Positions 9,600 through 18,374 of a stretch of DNA of 64,000 bases are shown piece after piece. Within the stretch, counting starts at the first letter, position 1. Each line of letters begins with the position of its first letter. Both the position numbers and the translations under genes were made by a program. The notes below the pieces were generated by a model. The model made no database searches. It saw only the letters and a program-made list of their open reading frames with translations, and had not been told where the DNA came from. The stretch covers positions 62,001-126,000 of the forward strand of contig CAWKCK010000004.1 in assembly GCA_963848135.1 (NCBI GenBank), read 5' to 3'. This DNA comes from an uncultured delta proteobacterium. GTDB taxonomy: Bacteria; Desulfobacterota; Desulfobacteria; Desulfobacterales; SG8-13.

Positions 9600-10850
9600 T
9601 TATGTTTTTCTTTCTTCGAGTTGTTCAATAAAGGCTTCGACGTTGGTCTTGGTCTGCTCGTCGGACACCAGTCGCATGTCATTGAGATCGCCGTTGATAA
9701 TCAGGCTCGGGATTCCGGTGATCTTTTCCATTCTCTGGGGCATGCCATAGCGGCAGTTGGAATTGTTGGGGCACGTTTTGGCATCGTGGTAAATGATACC
9801 GTCCACCTTGAAGAAATCGAGCATGTTTTTAATGTATTTTTCCTTGGTCTCGTCGGCACGAACAATAAACAGCTCGGTGTACGCGCGGGCCATGCTCGTA
9901 AACGGATCGTCCGGATCGAAAGCACTGAAAATCCAGCTGTTGCAGTAGGTGGAGGCCAGAACACACGTTTGCAGTTCGGCGAACATTTTTGAGTGCGTAC
10001 TGAGGCGACCCCAAACCGGCATGCCTTCCCAATAGATTCGAAAACGTTCGCCCTCCACGGCAGCTTCACCGGCCGTGATGCGGTCTTTCAGTTCGGCCAG
10101 CAGCAGCTGATAGTAATCCACCGCCGCCGGGGTGCCCCGCAATACAACCGCCGGCCCCATGTGAATGGTCCCATCGTAAAATGTCAGGGGTGAGGGCAGG
10201 GAGGCCGCGGTGTCGAGGACTTCCTTCCAGAGATTGGAGCACTGCCGGGAAAGGGTTAGGACCCGTTTCAATTCTTCGGGATCGAATTTATTGCCTGATA
10301 TTTCCTCCAGAGGGGCGATGAGGGCCTCCATCTGCCGGGCAATCGATTGCACGTGCTTGTCTAAAACATCCCCGACGCCACGGTGGGTATGGATACCCAG
10401 CAAGGGTACATTGAATTCCCTTGCGTACCATGCGAACCAGTCTTGAACATCACGGCACTGGTTGGTGTTGTATACCAAAACGTCCGGTTTGGGGACTTCC
10501 TCGATTCCTGGATAGGCTTTGGCGAGGGGGGTAACGCCTTTCAGATAGGCGCCGACATCGGCTGTCAGATAGGAGCAGATATCTGGAGAATATCCCATAG
10601 CATTCGCCGTCGGAATCATATCCGTTGCCATCCGCGATGCGCCGAGCATTGCCCCATGGTTTTCTGGAAAGTGGACCAGGAATCCCATGGCGCGCAGGAT
10701 TTCGGCTGGTCCCACGCTCGTACACCAGGCGATCTTCCTTTTGCGGGTCTTTGCGGCGTCATTCAACTCGTAAAAGTATTCGGCCATAATACGCCCCATC
10801 TCTCTGGAGGCCTTGATTGGTTTGCGTAAGACTTTTTTTTCTTCAGCCAT
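9600..10850 (-). CDS. 2-hydroxyacyl-CoA dehydratase / class I benzoyl-CoA reductase family subunit (alpha-type, HgdA/FldB-like)
   Basis: AWCTS, FPENH, GYSPDICSY, NQC, AKTC cluster ligands, C-terminal TNVEAFIE. Confidence 0.85.
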   Translation of the reverse strand: MAEEKKVLRKPIKASREMGRIMAEYFYELNDAAKTRKRKIAWCTSVGPAEILRAMGFLVHFPENHGAMLGASRMATDMIPTANAMGYSPDICSYLTADVGAYLKGVTPLAKAYPGIEEVPKPDVLVYNTNQCRDVQDWFAWYAREFNVPLLGIHTHRGVGDVLDKHVQSIARQMEALIAPLEEISGNKFDPEELKRVLTLSRQCSNLWKEVLDTAASLPSPLTFYDGTIHMGPAVVLRGTPAAVDYYQLLLAELKDRITAGEAAVEGERFRIYWEGMPVWGRLSTHSKMFAELQTCVLASTYCNSWIFSAFDPDDPFTSMARAYTELFIVRADETKEKYIKNMLDFFKVDGIIYHDAKTCPNNSNCRYGMPQRMEKITGIPSLIINGDLNDMRLVSDEQTKTNVEAFIEQLEERKT

Positions 10851-10871
10851 ATCGTATTCCTTTCAATTGGC

Positions 10872-11160
10872 CCGTTGGGCCGGTTTTGCCCGTTTAGCCG
10901 GTTGGGTCAGTTGATTCTGTTTGGTCGTTTAGACAAGTGCCCCTCCATGACTTCATTAAAGACACGAATCAGTTTCCGATTCAGAAATATGCAGTTTTCC
11001 GTAAGTTCAAAGGAAATCGGCGGCATTTCGCGGCCTCATTATACGGTAAGTTGAACAGGCGATTCCTCAAGTCAGTCTCCCCGAATTTGTATTTCAACCT
11101 GACCCCCGTCTGTAACCACCCTCGGCGTAACGGACTCAACTGGCTCAACCGGCGCAACCG
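10872..11160. repeat. Inverted 9-bp tandem arrays (consensus CNGTTKNGY) enclosing a ~200-bp insert
   Basis: Left: ccgttgggc cggttttgc ccgtttagc cggttgggt cagttgatt ctgtttggt; right, inverted: gcgtaacgg actcaactg gctcaaccg gcgcaaccg. Confidence 0.7.
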
Positions 11161-11161
11161 A

Positions 11162-11950
11162 TTATTCCATTGCGTATAATGCCGCTCCGATCGCCCCGGT
11201 CAATTGCGGGTGGTCCGGTACCAGAATTTTTTGTCCCGCAATCTCAGCGGTCATCGTCACCAGGTAGGGGTTGTGTTCGACGACCCCCCCGGTCATGACG
11301 ATGTTTTCGGTCAAAGAATCCATTTCCAGCACTCTTTTAATCACGGAGTAGAAGACGCCTTTGACGATGTCGGTCACCCGTTTGCCATGTCGGATGTTTT
11401 CGAGAACTTCGGTGGCGGAAAAAACAGTACAAAAACTGCCGAGTTTGACCATGTTTTCTGACTGTTGCGCCAGTCCATCCATCTGTTCCAACGGTATGTC
11501 CAATCGCGTGGCCATTTCCTCCAAGAAGGCACCGGTACCGGCAGCGCATTTGCGGTTCATTTTGAAGCTGGTCCGGCGTCCCTGGGCATCGAGTTTTACA
11601 ACTTTATTGTCTTGTCCGCCGATATCGATGATCGTAATCGATTGGGGATAATAGAGATAGCATCCCTTCGCGTGACAGCCGATTTCGGTGCGGCTGTCAT
11701 CGGCATAGGCAACGTTTTTGCGGCCGTAACCGGTGGATACCGATTTCGCGACCGCTTCGCGAGTCGCGCCGGCCATATCGAGGGCAAGATTCAAACAGGT
11801 TTGGGCCGTGGCGGTGAAATCGATGCCGGATTTTTTTACAGCGAATCCGAGAAGGCTCTTTTCGGAATCGAGCACGGCGACTTTTGTACGCGAAGAACCG
11901 ACATCGGTGCCTACATAGAGTTTTTGTACGGTCATATCGACTGGCTGCAT
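11162..11950 (-). CDS. ATP-dependent acyl-CoA dehydratase activase (HgdC/FldI/BcrAD-type ASKHA ATPase)
   Basis: GTDVGSSRTK, STGYGR, IDIGGQD, MNRKCAAGTG, FCTVF, MTGGV. Confidence 0.92.
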   Translation of the reverse strand: MQPVDMTVQKLYVGTDVGSSRTKVAVLDSEKSLLGFAVKKSGIDFTATAQTCLNLALDMAGATREAVAKSVSTGYGRKNVAYADDSRTEIGCHAKGCYLYYPQSITIIDIGGQDNKVVKLDAQGRRTSFKMNRKCAAGTGAFLEEMATRLDIPLEQMDGLAQQSENMVKLGSFCTVFSATEVLENIRHGKRVTDIVKGVFYSVIKRVLEMDSLTENIVMTGGVVEHNPYLVTMTAEIAGQKILVPDHPQLTGAIGAALYAME

Positions 11951-12897
11951 CAGAATCCAGATTCGAGCCCTTTAACCAGCGCCCGCAGGGTGATGTTGAA
12001 TGGCGTTTCGATACCGGCCTGTGCCCCATAGGCGACAAACTTGCCGTTGATAAAATCGACTTCCGTTCGGCGATGGGCCTCGATGTCCATAAGCATCGAG
12101 GGTTTATGGTCGCCGGCCTTGCTCATATATTCGATGCCATGGGGATAGAAATTCCACCCCAGCTCTATTTCGTTGGCGCGTGCGACCTTGACGCATTCTT
12201 TTATGAGAGAGTCGACTATCTGAAATACAATCGGATCGGTCATGGCTTGAGCCATGGTCAACCCGGTTACGGCGCAGACGGGGTTCATACAGGCATTCAG
12301 GATCGCTTTGCGCCAGACCATCGAAATGATTTGGTCGGTATGCTCTGTGATCAAATCGCATCGGGTCAGCACCTTTGCGATGGCAGCCGCAGCCGGTCCC
12401 GATCCGGGAGCCAGTTCCTGGAGATAGTGCGGTGGATGGTGAAACGGCATTCGGACGTGCGCCGGGCCTGCGAGGCCGCAACCATAGTTGACCACCGCTC
12501 TCAGCACCGGTTCGTCACCCAGTGCTTCGGCAAAAACCAGTTCGGTATCGATACCGTTCTGCCAGCTGACAATATACTGGCCTGGCCGATGAAATCCCTC
12601 GATGGCCGATGCGATCAGAGCATTTGCGTTAGCCTTTACAGTAATGAAGATGACATCCGGCGGGTCGTTAGCGAGATCGTCGATATTGGTGGTCACTCGG
12701 GTAACGGGTTGTCGGAGAGTTTCGGCACCTTCTATGATGATCCCCGGATCGAGTGCCGGCTTGAGAAGGTCAGGGATGACATCGCACAGGGTGACCTCGT
12801 TTCCCTTGCTGGCCAGGAAGGCGGCCACGATGCAACCAACGGGTCCAGCCCCCACAACAGCGAACTTCTGCGGATGAAAATCGGCATGTTCAACCAT
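11950..12897 (-). CDS. Ketopantoate reductase (PanE/ApbA) family 2-oxoacid reductase
   Basis: GAGPVG, ITVKA, QNGI, WRKAILNACMNP, SMLMD, TEVDFING. Confidence 0.88.
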   Translation of the reverse strand: MVEHADFHPQKFAVVGAGPVGCIVAAFLASKGNEVTLCDVIPDLLKPALDPGIIIEGAETLRQPVTRVTTNIDDLANDPPDVIFITVKANANALIASAIEGFHRPGQYIVSWQNGIDTELVFAEALGDEPVLRAVVNYGCGLAGPAHVRMPFHHPPHYLQELAPGSGPAAAAIAKVLTRCDLITEHTDQIISMVWRKAILNACMNPVCAVTGLTMAQAMTDPIVFQIVDSLIKECVKVARANEIELGWNFYPHGIEYMSKAGDHKPSMLMDIEAHRRTEVDFINGKFVAYGAQAGIETPFNITLRALVKGLESGF

Positions 12898-12920
12898 GAG
12901 TCTCTCCCCCCTTTTTGTGT

Positions 12921-13065
12921 AGAAATGGTTTCAAAACCCCATCTAACACCCAACTGCGGTGTTGTGGGCCTCTTCAAAATACTTACATACGCCCATGTAT
13001 GCTGCATTTTTTCGTTGGCCCACGCCTTGTTCTTGAGCGTGATTTAAGGTTTTCAAACCACTTCT
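12921..13065. repeat. 145-bp MITE-like element with 18-bp TIRs, distant member of the 97/52780 family (opposite orientation)
   Basis: AGAAATGGTTTCAAAACC ... GGTTTTCAAACCACTTCT (16/18 inverted match); internal stems GTGGGCC/GGCCCAC and CATAC/GTATG. Confidence 0.75.
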
Positions 13066-13220
13066 CGGTGGCATTCAGGCGGTCATCCAGGGCAATGGCA
13101 TCGCTTCTGGAACGTCGAGTTCAACTGGAGAAGAATGCCTAAATCTAATTGTTAATCTAATTATCACCCTTCGACTCGTGTGCAATCCATGTGCGATTAG
13201 ACTCCAGCAGTGGAAGAGTT

Positions 13221-14528
13221 TCACCGCAATTGTTTGGGCCTCTCATCTATAACGCGCAGCGCTTTTCCTTCACTGCGAGCGATGGCTTTCGGCTCTACGA
13301 GTTCGATTTCGACACCGATGCCCATCATCCCCTTGATGTGCGCGGCAATTTTACCCTCGACTTCATGACGTTTCTCCTTCCCGCCCTGATAAACTTCCTT
13401 GCGGCCTTCCACCTGGACGACCAGCTGGTCCAGGTACCCTTTCTTGCGCACTATCAGTCGATATTGGGGTTCAACCTCTTCAATCTCGAGCAGCAGGGCC
13501 TCGACCTGAGAGGGGAAAACATTCACACCACTAATAATCAGCATGTCATCGGTTCGGCCGGATACTTTTTCCATTTTGACGAAGGTTCTTCCACAGACGC
13601 ATTTCTCGCGCCACAGGCGCGTAATATCCTTGGTCCGATAGCGGATCATCGGCATGGCACGGCGTTGCAGGGAAGTAAAAATGAGTTCGCCTTTTTCTCC
13701 CAGCGGCAGCGGTTCAAAGGTCTGAGGATCGACAACCTCGGCCAGGAAATGGTCTTCATTGATGTGCAAACCGTTTTGAGCCTCGCAGTCGAAGGCCACA
13801 CCGGGACCGCACAGTTCGGTCAGGCCATAGGCCTCATGGGCCTTCATGCCTGTCCGCTCTTCGATTTCCTGTCGCATCGGGATCGTCCAGGGTTCGGCCC
13901 CGAAAACGCCGACCCGTAGCGAAAGATTCCGAAAGTCGACTTTCATTTCAGCGGCCCGTTCGGCGATGGTTAGGGCATAGGAGGGGGTGCAGAAGAGAAC
14001 TGTCGAGCCGAAGTCTTTTATGATGGTGATTTGGCGTTCGGTCAAACCGGCACTGGTTGGGATGACCGTGCTGCCGAGGCGGGACGCCCCCTGATGAAAA
14101 CCCAAACCACCAGTGAACAAACCATGACCGTAAGCATTTTGAACGATATCTTCCTTTCTGATGCCGGCGGCCCAGAGATTTCTGGCCATGCACTCTATCC
14201 ATTGATCCAGGTCTTCGGCAGTGTAAGGCCCGGTGATCGGTTTGCCGGTGGTGCCCGATGATGCATGCACCCGCACAACCTCTTTGAGCGGGACGGCACA
14301 GAGTCCGAAAGGATAATTGTCCCGGAGGTCATTTTTCTGTGTCATCGGCAGTTTGGCGGCATCTTCCAGCCCCGTAATACTTTCAGCCGTGATACCCATT
14401 TCTTCGAATTTATTGCGGTAGAAGGGGACCCTTTCGGCGACCCAGGCAACGGTTTCCCTGAGTTTTGCCACCTGAAATTTCTGGAGTTTTTCCACCGGCA
14501 TGCATTCAAAATCATCGTTCCAGGGCAT
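13221..14528 (-). CDS. paaK: Phenylacetate-CoA ligase
   Basis: LRDNYPFG, HASSGTTGKP, GLFTGGLG, GAEPW, YGLTE, GRTDDMLIISGVNVFPSQ. Confidence 0.9.
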   Translation of the reverse strand: MPWNDDFECMPVEKLQKFQVAKLRETVAWVAERVPFYRNKFEEMGITAESITGLEDAAKLPMTQKNDLRDNYPFGLCAVPLKEVVRVHASSGTTGKPITGPYTAEDLDQWIECMARNLWAAGIRKEDIVQNAYGHGLFTGGLGFHQGASRLGSTVIPTSAGLTERQITIIKDFGSTVLFCTPSYALTIAERAAEMKVDFRNLSLRVGVFGAEPWTIPMRQEIEERTGMKAHEAYGLTELCGPGVAFDCEAQNGLHINEDHFLAEVVDPQTFEPLPLGEKGELIFTSLQRRAMPMIRYRTKDITRLWREKCVCGRTFVKMEKVSGRTDDMLIISGVNVFPSQVEALLLEIEEVEPQYRLIVRKKGYLDQLVVQVEGRKEVYQGGKEKRHEVEGKIAAHIKGMMGIGVEIELVEPKAIARSEGKALRVIDERPKQLR

Positions 14529-14673
14529 TACGCTCCTCCTTTTCTAACGGCTGTTGGGCTGTCTCCTCAACCACCAGGCAGCAGCACCAAGAGTGAATAG
14601 GGTTCTATAGCTCGATCAATGGTTGATCATAGTCGGAAAGGCCCTTTCCGCGGCACTCCGATCGGAAGCGTGA

Positions 14674-15270
14674 TCAGTTCACCGCGGCGGCCGTGCTGTA
14701 GCCGAAGTCGAAGGCCGCCAGGTTGGCTGATAGAAATGCCGGCTTTGTTTTGCGTTTCATGGCTTCCTTGACCTGTTCGGACGTGAGGGGTAGCACGCCG
14801 GTTTGAATCAGGGCGCCCAGGAGAACCATGTTGACTGACAGGGGATTTCCGGCATCCTGAGCCAGCTTGGCCGCGTTGAAAGCAATAAGTTTGGCCGTTT
14901 TAGATCGGATCAGGTTCTGCAGCTGTTTCAAGTCCGGATAGACGCCCTTTCCGATATTCACGGTAAACGGCATCAATGGTGCCAGGTTGGTAATCACTAC
15001 CGTGCCGGCGTTGCATTTGCAGAGGGCACGCAGGGTTTCCGCCGGTTCGAAACCCACTAATATGTCGGCCTCACCATCGGCGATGATGGTACTCCTGGCC
15101 TCTCCGAAGATAAGGGCGGATTCCACCACGCCGCCTCTCTGGGCCATACCGTGTATTTCGCTCATCTGCAATGGCATATCGGCCATCAGGGCGGCCTCTC
15201 CCAGCACACTTGAGGCCAGGAGATTCCCCTGACCGCCGACAGCGACAATGATCAGTCGTTTGGTATCCAT
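14674..15270 (-). CDS. iorB: Indolepyruvate:ferredoxin oxidoreductase beta subunit
   Basis: VGGQG, SEIHGMAQRGGVV; adjacent to iorA. Confidence 0.9.
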   Translation of the reverse strand: MDTKRLIIVAVGGQGNLLASSVLGEAALMADMPLQMSEIHGMAQRGGVVESALIFGEARSTIIADGEADILVGFEPAETLRALCKCNAGTVVITNLAPLMPFTVNIGKGVYPDLKQLQNLIRSKTAKLIAFNAAKLAQDAGNPLSVNMVLLGALIQTGVLPLTSEQVKEAMKRKTKPAFLSANLAAFDFGYSTAAAVN

Positions 15271-15313
15271 AAAGATCTTCCTTCGATAAAAAAATGTGAT
15301 TCGGTAACGAAGT

Positions 15314-17179
15314 CTATGCTGTGGCCTTTTTTTTCTTTAGAGGTAAAATGGCATTCTCCGGACAGATCTGTGCGCAGACAGCGCACCCGGTGCATAGATT
15401 CGGGTCGATTTTTATCCGTTCGTTCCAGACATAGAAAGCCGGGCAGGCAAGGTAGTCCATGCAATCCCGGTGATCTTTGCACTTGGCGGTCACCTCGAAA
15501 GGTTTTCGACGTGGAAGTTTGAGCCCCTGAGCATACAGGGCACATATTTCCTCTGAAATAATGACCGAAACGCCTTTGAATTCGATGGCCTCTCGGATCG
15601 CATCGATGCTTTTCTTGACCTTGTATGGTTTGATCGTCGTGACATGGGGAACTCCAACGGCTCGCACGACAGCCTCTATTGAGACCCTGCCGAATCCGTC
15701 CATGCCGATCTGTTGCATGTCCACGCCGGGGTGGGGTTGATGACCGGTCATGGCCGTGGTGCCGTTATCGAGGATGACAAGGGTGAAGTTGTGATTATTG
15801 AAAACGGCGTTGATGAGACCGGGAATGCCCGAATGAAAAAAGGTCGAGTCGCCGATAAATGCGATCACTTTTTTATCGGTCACCTTCGAAAACCCGCCGG
15901 AGGTACCTACCGAAGACCCCATGCAAATCAAAAAATCGGCCGAGGACAGCGGCGGCAGCAACCCGAGTGTGTAACAGCCGATGTCAGTGGGATAAATGGT
16001 TTCCATCCCCTCGGCGGCTTTACGGACCTCGTAGAACGTGGCGCGGTGAGAACACCCGGCGCAGAGGGTCGGCGGGCGCTGGGGGATTTCCGGTACATCG
16101 GAGAGGTCCGGTACCGCCTTGGCGTCATTTCTCACGCCGAAGAATGCGGCGATATTGGCTCTGACCTGGGCGGGATTGTATTCATAGAGACGCGAGAACA
16201 GATCGGGCGCCTTACCCTTGATACTCAACGTCAGTCGGGCTTCCTGGGCCAGGGCTTTGAGTGACTCCTCCAGATATGGTTCACCTTCTTCGACCACCAG
16301 AACTTTTTCGCATTGCCCTAAAAATCCTTTGATGAGAGCCGGGGGAAGGGGATGCGAAAAACCGATGCGAAGAACGCACACCTGCGCTTCTATCTGTAAT
16401 TCTTTTACTGCATCTTCGACATAATTGAAGCTGACGCCGTTGCAGACGATCCCCCATTTTCCGTTGCCTTCGACGATATTGTAAACGGAGGTCTCAGCCA
16501 TATCCCGGGCCGCATCGAAATTTTTAAGCAGCTTGACGTGCAGGTTGCGGGATACTGCCGGAACTGTCACCAGGTTCATGGGATCCTTCTTAAAGTCGCC
16601 TTTTGTGACCGGTTGCTTTATTTTGCCCAACGCGACGACACCACTGGAGTGGTTGATTCGGGTAGTGGTTCGGAACAGCACTGGCTCCTGCAGTTTTTCC
16701 GAGAGATCGAAGGCATAGGCCACCATCTCTTTGGCCTCCTGCACCGAAGAGGGCTCGAGCATGGGGAGGCCCGATAGCTTGGCATAGTACCGATTGTCCT
16801 GTTCGTTCTGGCTGGAAAACATGAAAGGGTCGTCGGCCGACAGGATTACCATGCCACCCTTCACGCCCACATAGGCCAGGGTCATCAGGGCATCGGCAGC
16901 GACGTTCACACCGACGTGTTTCATGACGCACATCGAGCGGACACCCGCGTTGGCCGCTGCCGCAGAGACTTCCATGGCCACTTTTTCGTTGGTACTGTAT
17001 TCGAAATACAAATCGCTTTCCTGCGACATTTGGAAAAAATTGAGCGAGAGTTCCGAAGAGGGTGTGCCGGGATATGTGCTGGCAAACGCGACCCCAGCTT
17101 CTATGGCACCCCGGGCGATAGCCTCGTTGCCCAGCAGAAGCATTTTTTCACCCGGTTTATCAGTGAGTAGTTTATGCAT
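15314..17179 (-). CDS. iorA: Indolepyruvate:ferredoxin oxidoreductase alpha subunit
   Basis: LLGNEAIARG, YPGTPSSE, SSQNEQD, LCAGCSHR, TPP motif GDSTFFHSG, C-terminal ferredoxin CTGCAVCAQICP. Confidence 0.93.
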   Translation of the reverse strand: MHKLLTDKPGEKMLLLGNEAIARGAIEAGVAFASTYPGTPSSELSLNFFQMSQESDLYFEYSTNEKVAMEVSAAAANAGVRSMCVMKHVGVNVAADALMTLAYVGVKGGMVILSADDPFMFSSQNEQDNRYYAKLSGLPMLEPSSVQEAKEMVAYAFDLSEKLQEPVLFRTTTRINHSSGVVALGKIKQPVTKGDFKKDPMNLVTVPAVSRNLHVKLLKNFDAARDMAETSVYNIVEGNGKWGIVCNGVSFNYVEDAVKELQIEAQVCVLRIGFSHPLPPALIKGFLGQCEKVLVVEEGEPYLEESLKALAQEARLTLSIKGKAPDLFSRLYEYNPAQVRANIAAFFGVRNDAKAVPDLSDVPEIPQRPPTLCAGCSHRATFYEVRKAAEGMETIYPTDIGCYTLGLLPPLSSADFLICMGSSVGTSGGFSKVTDKKVIAFIGDSTFFHSGIPGLINAVFNNHNFTLVILDNGTTAMTGHQPHPGVDMQQIGMDGFGRVSIEAVVRAVGVPHVTTIKPYKVKKSIDAIREAIEFKGVSVIISEEICALYAQGLKLPRRKPFEVTAKCKDHRDCMDYLACPAFYVWNERIKIDPNLCTGCAVCAQICPENAILPLKKKKATA

Positions 17180-17219
17180 AGCAGCTACCTTTTTATGGGT
17201 CAGTTTATGGGTCAATGGC

Positions 17220-18290
17220 TTAAGGAATCAATACCGGTCGCTCCTTGATCTGGTGGCTGTGAACCATTTCGAATACCGCATTGATTTCGGATAGAGGGAA
17301 TGTTTTGACAAAAGGCCCGATTTTGACTTTGCCCTCCAGGACCAGATCGAGAACCGGTTGGTAGTATTTCGGTTGGCAACCCCAGTTCCCGCGGGCTGTG
17401 GCGTGGAAGGCCATCAGATTCGACAACCGGATGTCCACGGTGTCCATTGTGAAACCGACCACTGCCAGAGAAGCACCGAACGTCAGAAGACCGAACGCCG
17501 TTTTTTGCCCGGCGGCAGTTCCTGAAGTCTCGAAAATTTTCCATTCGGTGCGGCGCCGGCCCTGATCCTTGACGAATCCAGAGACGGCTTTGCGCAGATC
17601 CTTGAAGGGGATCTCCTTTGCATTGAAGGTTTTGTCGACGTAAGGGGCAAGGGCCTCCAGTTTGTCGGCGTCGATGTCGATCGCTACAACGGCGGCGCCA
17701 AAACTCTTTGCGATTTGAGCACCAAAGCCGCCAACACCGCCAACGCCGATAAAAATGGCGGTGTCTTCGGCACTGAGTCCCGATTCCACCACGGCTTGGT
17801 AGGGGGTCGTAATCGCATCGGCAATGACGGACAATTCGGCCAGGGAGACACCGGAGCCGCCCGTCGGCGTGCCGTTCGCTTCCGTCGGTACCGCGCACAA
17901 CTGGGCCGCCGGAACAACGATGTGGGAAGCAAAACCACCCTGGATGTCGTTTCCCGGCATTTTTTGAACGGCGCAGATATTATCGAGGCCGCGTCGGCAG
18001 ACATCACACGTACCGCAAGGCATGACGGCCGGTACAATGACGGCTTTCCCTTTATAATTTTCGGTTCCTGGACCGCAGGCTTCGACAATCCCGCTGATTT
18101 CATGGCCCAATGTCAGCGGCAGCGGTGATTTGGTGCGCACCCCATCGTAGTAAAACCCCAGGTCGGTGTGACACACGCCGCAGCCGATTACGCGCAGTAG
18201 GACCTCGCCGTCGCCTGGCTGCGGCAAAGAGCTTTCGACGCACTCAAGCGGTTTTTGCAGGGCAACCATTTGCCAGGATGTCATCGCCAT
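17220..18290 (-). CDS. had: 6-hydroxycyclohex-1-ene-1-carbonyl-CoA dehydrogenase (Zn-dependent ADH family)
   Basis: CGVCHTDLGFYYDGVRT, GHEISG, KMPGND, RLSNLMAF, GNWGC; clustered with oah and dch. Confidence 0.88.
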   Translation of the reverse strand: MAMTSWQMVALQKPLECVESSLPQPGDGEVLLRVIGCGVCHTDLGFYYDGVRTKSPLPLTLGHEISGIVEACGPGTENYKGKAVIVPAVMPCGTCDVCRRGLDNICAVQKMPGNDIQGGFASHIVVPAAQLCAVPTEANGTPTGGSGVSLAELSVIADAITTPYQAVVESGLSAEDTAIFIGVGGVGGFGAQIAKSFGAAVVAIDIDADKLEALAPYVDKTFNAKEIPFKDLRKAVSGFVKDQGRRRTEWKIFETSGTAAGQKTAFGLLTFGASLAVVGFTMDTVDIRLSNLMAFHATARGNWGCQPKYYQPVLDLVLEGKVKIGPFVKTFPLSEINAVFEMVHSHQIKERPVLIP

Positions 18291-18374
18291 ATGTCATTCT
18301 CCTTGTTTTGATTTGCGTTTCTCGACTTCATGGGCTTCGATGATTTGATCGCGTGAAACCGTCTCAATCCGGAT

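Noticed and set aside
10872..10930. Periodic repeats as a CRISPR array
   Set aside because: The 9-bp degenerate units have no spacers and there are no cas genes.
13140..13220. Weak 6-bp periodicity (AATCTA ATTGTT AATCTA ATTATC)
   Set aside because: Too short and degenerate to distinguish from AT-rich noise.
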